NCBI RefSeq assembly: GCF_009834535.1
Contig: NC_045697.1
Span: 107,014,001 to 107,078,000 of the forward strand
DNA: 64,000 nt
Origin: Camelus ferus
Taxonomy: Eukaryota
Reading direction: 5' to 3'
Shown: one piece after another, positions 1 to 11,917 of the stretch
How the letters are laid out: each line of letters opens with the position of its first letter
How positions within the stretch are numbered: the stretch's first letter is position 1
Position numbers and translations under genes: made by a program
Notes under the pieces: generated by a model
What the model was told of the DNA's origin: nothing
Seen by the model: only the letters and a program-made list of their open reading frames with translations
The model's database searches: none

Positions 1-511
1 TCTGGAGGTGAAACTCTGAGAAAGACATGTAACTTATATTCCAACTAGATGCGTAATGTGAACTTAACCATAAAAAGTACATAAATTCAAATGAGGGTTA
101 TTCTTTTTAAAAAGGGGGGGACTGTATTCTTCAAAACCATCAATGTCAGAAAAGACAAAGAAAGGGTGAAGAAATGTTTCAGATTAAAAGAGACTAAAGA
201 AATTAAATGTAATAACTAATCATAGACTAGATCCTATACTGGAGGGAAAAAAATGTTTTAAAGGACATCACTTGGGCCAGTTGATGAAAATGAAGTATGA
301 ATGGTAGGTAGACTGAAGTATTGTAACAATGCCAAGTTTCATAAATTTGATAATTATTGTGGCTATATAAATAAGATAATGTTCTTATTCCTAAGAAACA
401 CATATTTAAGTATTTAGGGATAAAGGAGCATGATGTATACAAATGGTATAGGAAAAAAAAGTGTGTATTTAGATATACATACATAAGTATATACACACGT
501 ACATATGTATG

Positions 512-552
<41 letters not shown>

Positions 553-620
553 CAGGGAAGAATATGAATGAGCAAATGCTAAAACAAAAAGAGCAAAATG
601 TTAAATATAGGTCCTTTAAA
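1..620 (+). mobile_element. Old L1 (L1MC/ME-like) 3' UTR fragment with embedded (TA)n
   Basis: Resembles old L1M 3' ends (AAGGACATCACTTGGG...GTATTTAGGGATAAAGGAGCATGATGT); (TA)n at about 519-551. Confidence 0.6.
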
Positions 621-1235
621 AAGAACACGTTCTACATTTCATGTATGATAAAGATATGACATATATCTGACAAGATTAGGCCAACGTTAGTGAAACAGGC
701 TTTGCAATGTTTTCCAGAAACAGTTATTTTCTGCTGTGATAAAAAGGACTTCTTTGGAAAAGGGTAAAGCTAACTGGCCAATATGGAAACTGACTTGTAA
801 CTGCAATTTCATTAGTACCACTAGCTGATACGCATTTATAGAGTGTATACAAACACAACTCTGGCCCTTCTTTAAGGAGTTTCCCTAGTTCAACCACTAA
901 GAACTCTAAACTGATACTCAGTAGAACAGCATATAGGTCTATCTATATTCATAACTCAAATCATTTGCAACTAAAAGAGTTACCATTAATAAGTGTTAAC
1001 TGAAACTATAATAACACTTTATAAAGAGTGATCCTCTACTTCAAATTACAACAATAAAATTTCTCCTGAAAATTTCGTCACAACTTTTGTATTTTGAATC
1101 TACTCTTAATATGATAAAACTACGTTACTCTGAAATCAGAGAACTATTCTAGATGAGAACTTTTTCAAAATAATGGAAGATTTAATAAAACTATATTCCT
1201 TTAGGTGGAAATATTTCTGAACCATAGTATGCTAT

Positions 1236-1704
1236 TCTGGTAGGCAGAATTATGCTCCTTTCCAAAGATACACACATTCTAATCCCTGGAACCCATGAGT
1301 ATGCTGCCTTCCGCGGCAAAGAGGAGTTAAGGTTGCAGATGGAATTAGGTTATTCATCAGCTAATCTTAAAATAAGAAGGTTAACTTGTATTATTCAGTG
1401 CACCCAATGTAACTACAACCCTTCCAAGTGGAACAGTGTGGCAGAAGGGTAGCAGGCCAGAGTAATGTGACGTAAGAAGCACTCAACCTGTGATCCTTGT
1501 TTTTAAAGATGGAGTAAGGGGGCCACGAGCCAAAGGATGTGGGATGACTTTAGAAGCTGGAAAAGGTAAGGAAACAAATCCTTCCCCACAGTCTCTAGAA
1601 AGGAATGCAGTTCTGCCAACACCTTGATTTTAGCTCAGTGAGACACATACTGTTCAAGCCACTAAATTTGTAGTAATTTTTACAGCAGCAATACAAAACT
1701 ACTA
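1236..1704 (+). mobile_element. MaLR solo LTR (MLT1D-like)
   Basis: Typical MLT1 text: TGGTAGGCAGAAT...CTAATCCCTGGAACC...AAGGTTGCAGATGGAATT...CTGCCAACACCTTGATTTTAGC...AAGCCACTAAATTTG...ACAGCAGCAATA. Confidence 0.85.
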
Positions 1705-3132
1705 TGTATACTTTTCTTTTCTCCTATAGAATGTGTAATAAATATAATTTAATCTCTAAAATCAAAGAGAACCATTAAGGGAATCAATTACTGTTTTAAC
1801 AAACTATCTACCCCAACCTCTAAGCACACACATAGAAAATGACCACATCGATGCTTAGAATATAATACAGTTTTCATGTGATCTTTTGACAAAAATGTTC
1901 TACTATTATCTATTACTGCACTTCATTTACTGTAAATGGCTCTGCTCTCATTACTCTCCACATCACTGACTGTGCCTCGATCTGTACTGTTCTCTTTCCT
2001 ACTTGGTCCTCCTTTTAATACTTTCCTGCCCTTTCTGATTACATAGTATCTCCTGGTCTTGGCTCTTGAATAAAGATTGGCCTTAAATGCACAAAGCTAG
2101 TCAATGCCTTTTCCCCTTGCCTGCAAATCTACCAATCAGCATATAATAGTCTGCTCACTTCAGCTCTTTTCATTGTTGCTGAGTATTCACTGGTTGTTTT
2201 CCAAGGATCTTTCTCTCCCCTATTTGCAATCTGAAGCTTAGCTTTTTTCCATAGGAGGCTATATAAATATAGTCTACCTGCAAACTAGAATCAGAGAGCA
2301 GCAGAGATAATGATAGTATAGTTGTACACATACTCTCATTGCTATAAGCAGCTCTGATAAATGGCAATGTAAGTGCATTTCATTTTCTCTACACTTAGGC
2401 AACCTCCCCCATGCCTGCCCTGTACGTTCTCAGTAAGTGTTTAAAGGACAAGGCAGAAAATAAGCTCTTACTTTCCTACTGTGAAAGTTATAGGAAGCAG
2501 AGAAAGCAAAGTCAAGGTGCACACAGTATCAGAACAGAAAACTATACACATTTAATCTACAATACATTTTCTTAAAACCTATCTGCATTCAATAATTATT
2601 GAATATTTGAATGTCTTCAAATATTAAAACAGTATAAACATTATTAACTGAGAGCTACTAGATGTTCAAAATTATATCTTACCCATTCCTGTTTCCCTGC
2701 TGTTCAGAATTACGTATGTTTGGAAGTAATCTTTTTCAACCTTATGAAAAACTTTTATATAAGCCTAGATCTTGGCAATCTAACAATAATACACCTTCCC
2801 AATTAGCATCACATAATCACAAGGCTGAAATATTAGTATTATATGTTCTTTAAATCTATGTTTTACATTGATCACATGTAACACTGTAGAGTAGGAGTAT
2901 ATGTACTACTGGTTTTATACATACTTTTTATGTAATAATTCTCAAGGTAACTTCAGCTGACAATTTCCATGGGAAAGTATAAGCTGTACATAACGGGATC
3001 CTGGCTTTTTTTTTTAATATATAAAAGACAATAAAATATGGTAAAGCTATACAACCTAAGAGTTATTATAAAACATATTAGACTTTGAAATGTATTCATT
3101 TGTATGTACATACAGTTTAAATTTACTGAATA

Positions 3133-3299
3133 CTATAATGAAAATGAAAACGAATATGGAAAGGAATATACGGATGTACATGTATGACTGAAACATTATG
3201 CTGTACACCAGAAATTGGCACAACATTGTAAACTGCACTTCAACTACAAATGAAAATAAACAAATAACTCTGAAATTTAAAAAAAAAGAAAAAAAAGGA
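3133..3299 (+). mobile_element. 5'-truncated lineage-specific L1 3' end with A tail
   Basis: GTATGACTGAAACATTATGCTGTACACCAGAAATTG...; A-rich tail; probable TSD TTACTGAATA at 3123-3132 and 3302-3311. Confidence 0.7.
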
Positions 3300-3775
3300 A
3301 CTTACTGAATAAATATTAATATAACAATGAAGGAAATTAACCCCACCGGAAAAGTTAACCAAATATTTTACCTGTTTTCATGTTTTGTTCATTCTCTTGA
3401 AATCTTTCTTCATAAATATAAGTTAATATGTAAAATCAGAGCAGAGATAATTCAGTTTTTTTCATTTAAAATTATGTCTTTTGAAATATTTTAAATATGA
3501 CTAATGTTCAAATTATATAAATCTACCATTTCAATTCCCTTGTAAAAAAACTTTTGAAGAATCATATGGCATTTTTATGAGTATGAATATTAATTTATTA
3601 AATCTGAAAGAGACAAAAGTATTAGAATTCATGAATGAATAAAATGTGATTTAATAAAGCACAATATGAAACACTCATTTCAAAATAACAAGTTACCATT
3701 TTAGGGCCTTACTGGACTTTTTTCTAATTAAAGATTTCCAATTAAACTATTTAGGAAAAGCTTTAAAGTAATTTT

Positions 3776-3929
3776 TAAAAATTATTTTATTGTATTTATT
3801 TTGGGTTTTTTTCTGGGGGGGGAAGGTAGTTTAGGTTTGTTTATTTATTTATTTAAATGGAGGTACTGGGGATTGACTAGGACCTCATGCATGCTAAGCA
3901 CACACTATCACTGAGCTATACTCTGCCCC
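3776..3929 (-). mobile_element. Camelid tRNA-derived SINE (Vic-1 type)
   Basis: Reverse complement has tRNA-like head TATAGCTCAGTG...CTTAGCATGCATGAGGTCC and TAAATAAA/CCC tail; TSD AAGCTTTAAAGT(A/G)ATTTT at 3758-3775 and 3930-3947. Confidence 0.85.
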
Positions 3930-4899
3930 AAGCTTTAAAGTGATTTTAATCTTAAAAGTTAAAGGAAGATCAATACCTGATATTGACTTCAGACTAAAAT
4001 GTTTTCAGTTAATACAAATAGTATTAATAATGACAAAACCTTTAGCTAAATGTAAACTGACCTATATTGAATGAGCAAGGATTTGAATAACTAAATTCCT
4101 GCAAGCAAAATAAAAAGATATGACTTTTTAAAATACAGAGTATTGCAGCACTTATGAAACAGAATGCCATCAACCTCCACATAAAAGCTGAAATCCAAAC
4201 AGAAATTGGAATTGATGTCAGTTTACTTCTGAGAGCCTACTATATTTGGTAAACTGCTTCCTCTTTGATAACACAGTGGTTTCAGTTTTATATAAAGACT
4301 CATTATAAGCCACAATGTTTCCTAAGTATAAAATATGCATTTTATTAACTCCATTTCCCTTTTATAAACAGCCATGGATGTAACTACCAATCACTTTAAA
4401 ACCAGATTTAAATTTCAAGAATTTTTCCTATGATTTACTACATCTTAACTTTGGAAATTTCCTAAGCAGACTACCTAACAATTTACACTGCAACCACTTC
4501 TTAAAGCTTGCATAAAATGATGATAATGACAACTGCTATTTGGTCTTCCAGGAAGTTAAAAAGCAAAAGAAAGCAAACAAAAAAATCCCAAAAGAACATG
4601 GGTCTGGTATCTCTTTATCTGCCTGCATTATCTGATCATGTCACAACATTTCCTGAAAAGTATACCAAGGTTTCATTCTTCTCTTCTGAAAATTAATGGT
4701 ACAGAAAAGGGCTTGGGAGTATCTTGAGAAGGCAAGGATAAGCAGGTGTGCAATGGATATTATTTAAGTTGTAGGAAAGCAGAACTTAAGGAACCATTAC
4801 AGACAACTGCTGAAAGGGCATTAAAAAGCAAAAGGGGCATGGCATTGACAGGATACCAACTAAAATTCTTGGCTTTCATATAAACTGTCCCCATCTTTG

Positions 4900-5070
4900 C
4901 AAGCCATGTTTTGCTACTCCCTAGCTTCAGAATCCAACCAAGTTATTTAATCTCTCTGCCTTGGTTTCTATATAGCTAGGGATAATAATAGGATATAACT
5001 CATTATGGATGTGCTGAGAGGATTAAAACAATTAAAGTGCTTAGTATAGTGCCTGGCACAGAATAAGAAG
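4900..5070. mobile_element. MIR SINE fragment
   Basis: CAAGTTATTTAATCTCTCTG...GGATAATAATA...AAAGTGCTTAGTATAGTGCCTGGCACA. Confidence 0.65.
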
Positions 5071-6244
5071 TCAATATCCTTCTTGTGTAAATCTCCTTTC
5101 AATGGAGTTTTAAAAGACTTTCAGGACATCCCCTCTAGAAATCTCACATTGAAAGTCTGACTCTGGAGATGAGAAGAAACCTATTGGAAAGAAGAGGCAC
5201 CAAAATTATCAATCAATCTACAGGTATTTGCTGAGCATGTACTTATGAATCGAGTCACGTAATGCTACCAAATAAATATGACATCTGCCTTTTAGTATCT
5301 CTTCATGTTAGTAAGGTAATAAAGGGAGAGGAATCTACAGATAGTGACATAGAGACAACAAAAATGAAAACATATATTAAACTGTTTGAAACTGATGATA
5401 ACTAGTTTGTCAGTTCATAGAAAGCTCTCTGTAGGGTATCACGTGATAGATGCAAGGAAGCCAGCCTGGGCAGACAAAGACCTCAGACTGAGGGTCAGTG
5501 GGAATCAAAGTTGATCAGGTGGAATTTTCAAGATTTTAAAGAATAATGGCATAATGATAGTCTGCTTTATTCTATACCTATAAGTAAAAACTCTGTTAAG
5601 GGAACCAGAATTAAAACCTGTATTTGACAGAATCCTTGAATTACTGAACCCCTGAGAAGTTCCCCTTCCTGTGTCCCTCCTACTTTCCTCAAATATTTAC
5701 TCAATACCTACCACCTAGTAGGCAGTAAATAAGGTGCTGGGAATAAGAAGTCAATAAGACAAGGACTACAGCTGGTTTGATGAGAAAAACTTTAGTATAG
5801 ATAATCTCAGAAGAAAATCAACAATTTTCCCAGCACTATTTTATCTCCTTTTAGGTGAGTAGATTGTATTCATTACAACTTAATGATTTTACAATGTCAA
5901 GAGTGCATCAAATTGACATATTTATATATTTTAGACATGTATCCATATCAAAAGCATGTATTCTTAAACACCATCCTGAAAGTTCTAGCTACTTAAAATA
6001 CACCAAGTAAATGAGTTTAGAAACTTGAATATAATTTGAGGTTAGGGACCTAACAAACTATACTAGAACTGCGCACGAGCCCTCTGATTTAAAAAACCCT
6101 GGCAGTTTTGTCAGTTGCCAGAAAGCCAGTAACAACAAAAAAACTAATCCTGGTTGGCAAAAGGGAAAGTGAGAATAATTTAGAGATACGTTAGGCTCAG
6201 AAGAATATAACCAACCCCCACAAGGCAATCCAACACTTATAAGA

Positions 6245-6425
6245 GCCTGAAACCTTGGGCAAATTACTCATCCTTCCCACATCTTGGTTTCTTCCTCTGT
6301 AAAATGGTGATAATGTGTAGGACCCACCTCGAAGGACTGCAGTGGTGATTTCTGAACTAATATCGGTAAAGCACTTAGGACAGTGCATACACACTGTAAA
6401 TGCCTCACACATCCTTTTATTATTA
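6245..6425. mobile_element. MIR SINE fragment
   Basis: CCTTGGGCAAATTACT...GGTTTCTTCCTCTGTAAAATGGTGATAAT...GTAAAGCACTTAG. Confidence 0.75.
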
Positions 6426-9400
6426 TAAAAGCATCTCTCCAATATCCGGTTAGGGAACAATAATCCCTGACAAAAGTAAACAACAGCTTTAAAAAAGAGA
6501 GAGTGTCCAGAAGTAGCACAACAGAAGAACAAGCAGGAGGTCACAGAATTGTGACAGAGTAGTGACCTAAGTGTATTTAAGGAAGAAGAGGTAAACCAGA
6601 GGTCACAACAAATAGGTGTTTAATTTTAAATAAACATATGAAAAAAGAGAGAGGACTATAATCTATATTTAACAAAATTTAGGGCACTTCTAGTCACTTT
6701 ACACCGTCCTAACAAAAGTTGTATTAATAACGGAGAGCATACTTTTGTGATAGAGAATTTGGAACCCCATCAGAGGTTTGTTCAGCTTGCCTAAGTCACA
6801 ACTGACTGGACACAGTCCCTGTGGGCATGCCATTTCATCCAGACTGGACGGTTCATTAGTCATAATTACTATAACTGTACAGCAGAGACTGCAGTTTTAT
6901 CTCATCACACATCTTTGATCAAGCTGCTTCAATTTCTGCTTCATCAGCGTATGAAGTTACGTTATTGGAGATTTTATTTTCAATCGGTGATTACCACAGA
7001 TTATGCTTTTTTCCAAAGCATCTAGTTGGTCTCCACATTTAGTAGTAAGGGCTCAGATCTGACCACCATTTGACCTCTGATACTTCAAAACCACCTAAAC
7101 ACCATGAATCATCAGCTGAAATCCAGAATGTTAGAGAGAAAATTAAACAAAGAAAAGAACTGACCTGTGTTAAAAGCGTAAGATGACTGCACTTATTGGA
7201 ATTGAGACTAACCATATTCGCTGCAGTTCCTCATTAAACATTAAATCGCACGCCAGAAGAACACATCATACATATTTATTGTTTTGCACTGTCACTTTCG
7301 AAAGACTCATATCACAATTAGCGCTTCTCTCAGACTGTAAGCTACATAAAGAAATTTCCCATGAAGCTTGAAGACAAAGTCATGTAGAAGATTGTACAAG
7401 AAGGTTAAAGAACAGATGGATAATAGATTTCACTGCACACTAAAGCATAACACACTTACTTTAGAAAGGAAAATGTTGCCAAAACATGGTTCAAATGCAA
7501 AATGCTGAATGAAATTGATGTGTCAGGAATTTTTTTTCTCCCAAATTCTCCTGGAGAACAATAGGGGACTAAAAGGCCTGTCTCACAATTTTTGTGTCTC
7601 GCTATTTTCATGTGCAAAGTGTCCCCACTGTAGGCTGCATGAACAATCATAATCGACAGTTACATGCAGGCACTGAGGCTGCAAAAATCCCAGAGTAATT
7701 AGTGTTGTCTGAATGCAATGACATCTGTGTTCTCATGGTTCTCAAGACTTGTCAGGCCAATAAGATGTATAAGGAAAAATATGACAAGCATTGCAAATGC
7801 CCTTCTGAAAGGTCTTACACTTTGGGGGAAAACTGAAGAAATCACACATGTCATCTTTTTGTAAGCAATATATTTAAGATTAAAAGATCTAAAAAGATCT
7901 TTTGAGCTACTCATTCTCTTTTTGTAACTAGAAAGCATTGCAGTAGGGGGAAAAAAAACTCTGCTGCACATCTGCCTCTTTGTAAAACTTTCTTAACACA
8001 CGTGATTCTGTGCATTGGTCATGATGTGCCTATTTCTGTAGTTAACAAAACAGGGAGCACATCTTAATAACATTGCTTGATCTCTTAATATTTTAATTCG
8101 AAAATAGTATCTCTTACTTCTGGAGATAAAGCAGCTTAAAATGTGTTGTTAAATGCCTTAGAATTATGTTTGCATTTGACTAATAATAGAGACTGTCAGA
8201 TTGATTGCATTGAAAGGCCTTTGTTTTAGGCCACCTAATGCTTTGCTGAGTGCTGCCTACCTCCGAGCCCTCGCTCTCTAGGCTGTAGCAGTATGTTGGA
8301 GCATGCACTTGCTCCAAGAAAGACATTAGTCATCATTAACAGAAGCACTGACACCAAATCTAAGTGCCTCTCCACAATGACCAAGTGGCAATCATCTTTC
8401 TCTTACACTGTCACTGCTGATTAGGATTTTCTTTCATGAAAATTTAATTTGTCCCCTCTTTCTTCAGCTTTTTTTTATTTCGGGAAGGAAAAAAAACCAA
8501 CAACACTGTAGTCAGGAAAGATTTCAAAGACAGCAAAAGAAGCCCCACCTAAGATATGGCTAACAATAGAAAGATTACAAGATTCTCAGCTAAATATTTT
8601 ATCTAATCCAACAGAAAAACACAGATTAAGTGAATTACTAATAAACAACAGGAGGCAAAACAATGACTCTGAAAAGATCTTGCTTTAAGAATCTGTAAGC
8701 CTCAAAAGATGACTAATGCAGGATTTTGGAATAAAATTTCTCCAAATATTAATTACATCATCTCAAAGCTTCTTTAAAACTAAGTCTATAGTAGTTCAAT
8801 AGTAGCCATCTTTTACTACATTTCAAATTTGTATTCTTTTGTTTTCTTAAAAAAAGGGTTATTCACATAGATATATCACTATGAACTTAAATATTTAAGC
8901 ACACAGACTCTCAGTAAGCACTAACCTGCTGGTTAGTTTTTTAAAAATGGGGGTGGGGGTAGAATTTTCAGTTGCATGGGACAAATGAAAATGACTCACG
9001 GGGTCATGCAGGGTCCTCCCAGCTAGATGATACCACAGACCTAACTCTGGTTCTGTACAGTATCACAGTGTTAAACAAGATATCACGGTGATAAGCTATT
9101 TAAGGAAGTTTTAAAAAACATTTACTTTTCTGTTTTACTTCAATTTGTTTAAAGTTTTCAAAAAATGTAAGCATGTGATAGTTTGCAAGGATCCTGGTAC
9201 AACCCAAACTCCCACTTCTAGTTATAAATATTATCTTCTTTATATTACTTACATTTTGAAAAAAAGAGGTTGGTTCAAATTTAAAATAGCTCTCAATTAT
9301 TTTATATCCCTTTAAGAACATGCGCACTTTTTAGTCAAAACCTGTTACATTTTTGCGTTTATGTGGGCATGAATTGTATCTATCCTTAAATACAAATATT

Positions 9401-11767
9401 CGAATGAAATGCTTTTTAAAAAAAAAGAAAAGCCTCATTTCTTTTAAAATTCAGAAGCAACCATAATTCATCAAACTTTAATCATTAAATGTTCAATTCC
9501 TGACTATTTTACTGTGAAAAGTAATATAAAACGAATTTGAAGGTCAAATAGCAACTGCTTAGTGGCTAATACATCACATTTACAAATGGTTCAAGTTTTT
9601 TCTACTTAAAATTGGTCTGCAGTTAAAACAGTTAAGAGGAGATTAGGAATTAAAAAGGATTTTGAGATAATTTCTTCCTTTTTTTAAGTGCAATTTGTTT
9701 ATTTGAAGAGAGGTAATTTCTAACTGCTGAACTTTTGTTAAGTTCAGGGATATCGTGATTAAATACTGATCTAGTCTAAATTAAAAGTGAAACTCTACAA
9801 TAATCATCTAACTTCATTACACTTGCAGAGTATCTTTACAAATGATTGGCTCTTTTCTTTATTTCTTAACTAGGTAAAGATGCTCCTTAAATTCTCAAGA
9901 GCTGAAAAGGAAACTCTGATTTTCAGAGTTGCAGAGACTTATCCAAATTACAGCTTCAAAAACTTAACCACCATATAATTACTGACTCTATCGCTAGATC
10001 CAGGACATGTTCAAGTAGAGAAGTTTAGCTCTAGAACTTCCACCCCTCAACCCAAACGTCCAAGTCACTTGTCAGTTAAAGGTTGGGCGATTTATTGACC
10101 GCCTCTGGATGCATACTGTCAGTGCTGAAGGAAATATGAGAAAGGGTTGTCGCTGCTGTTCTGGAGCTCATTGATAATGACATACCTGCCTCTGTCACCC
10201 ATTACCCATACTACAAACTACTTAGACCTAACTGAAAAATCAATAGCCTACTTGCACTGGTTCCTGTGGCTGCCTCCTTTGATTGTCAGCTTCTGTCTAG
10301 GGTCAGCACTTACATGAAAGGGGCTGTGACTGCCTGATGCTTTCAGGACAACCTAACGATATGAAACTAGCCAACAGAACAGTAAATTCTGTCTCTCTGC
10401 CCTCCTCATCAATTAGGCTTTGACTAGGCTTGCCTGTAGAAACCTGACCTTTTAAGTTTGGGTGAATATGGACTAGCTGAACACACCATTGCCCTCAGCA
10501 CTGAGCCAGGAAATCTACTGACAGGTTAAACAAAACAGAAGGTTGTAACTGTCATAATTTGCATTGCACTTTCACGCCAACAAGGGTGTTATCAGTAGGG
10601 GCAAGCCCTGGAACACACAACTCCAGCACCCTTAAGCCATGCTACTCATAAATTTTCAAGTGAAGTGAGATAAAACATAAATTCACAAATAGCAATGCAT
10701 TTCTCATCTCTTAGTCTTTCAGTTTTGCACTTTGCAAACCCACAGTGTCCATCAACAACTCTCTCGGTGGTCACCTGGCATGCCTATTGCATTAATGAGA
10801 GACTTGCAAAGAACACAGCACAGAAGTGAAAATAACTCCAACTATGCCCATTGAAAAGCTATTTTAAAGAGAATTTATAATACGGCAGACAGATTGATTG
10901 ATCTGTATCTCAAAATGTGAACAATTAGATCTCAATATGTTGTCTTTTCCTGTCTCGCTTCCCTCCCTACAAAAATATCCACCAGCTTAGACAAATAATA
11001 AGTTATCGCATAAGTGAAAGGAGGTGTTGAAATTATTTCCTACCATGCTACTCTGATACAGCATCCTTTACAGTTTGAGAGAAAACTAAGAACATCTGTA
11101 AAATAAAAGATGTTAACACTTTCATGCTTGTCAGATCTTCTGATGAAAACAAGTGAAAAGCATAAGAAAGTAGTACGAGACTTTAGTGGTTCATGTTTTG
11201 AAAACCATTTCCCTGCTTGGATCTATCTGTTAACACAACATGAATATGGTAGTAGTATAGTTGCCTAAAGCTATGTCATTTCTCTAAAGAGAAGACCAAA
11301 CATTCCTTTTTCGTAAAGTTAATTGTGAACTTGAAATTTTATTTGGCTACAAGAATTAATATTTAAAGAATATCGATTCTTAATGAAAATAACAGAAACA
11401 CTGAAAGTCAACAGTTTGAGAAAAACTTTGAACACACCTTTAAATACATACTCTTTTCCTATATACACAAGAAAACATAGCCTGTTTCGTTTCTATGTCT
11501 TCGGGATCCAGCTCCTCTTAAGCAGTAATAAGTATACTCTTAGAATTTATTCCAACTTGCTAGTTGGTTGTCCCTCATAGCTGTCTCCGATCTATAATTT
11601 GCATTTTTCCTTAAGTCTAAAATATGCAATATAAACATTTTAAGCTTATTATTTTCTATTATTTTTTCTATTGTAAACTTTCATATACTTATATTAGAAC
11701 AGCACTGAAATTCTAAATTTGTGCAGATTTCTGATTTCAAATCAACTAATAAAGATATACACAACAA

Positions 11768-11917
11768 GGGGGAGAGTCTAGCTCAGTGGTAGCCTGTGCT
11801 TAGCATGCGCAAGTTCCTGGGTTCAATCCCCAGGACAACCATTTTAAAAATAAATAAATAAACCTAATTACGTTCTCCAGCAAAATAAAAAAAAAGCAAA
11901 TAAATAATTTTTTAAAA
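11768..11917 (+). mobile_element. Camelid tRNA-derived SINE (Vic-1 type)
   Basis: A box TAGCTCAGTGG, B box GGTTCAATCCC, tail AATAAATAAATAAACCTAATTAC; TSD AAAGATATACACA(A/G)CAA at 11751-11767 and 11918-11934. Confidence 0.9.

Noticed and set aside
227..628. 133-aa minus-strand ORF with YI repeats
   Set aside because: Read-through of a (TA)n microsatellite in an old L1 fragment.
11768..11840. tRNA-like sequence with A and B boxes (also at 3860-3929 and 60837-60910)
   Set aside because: Followed by SINE tail and flanked by TSDs: SINE heads, not tRNA genes.
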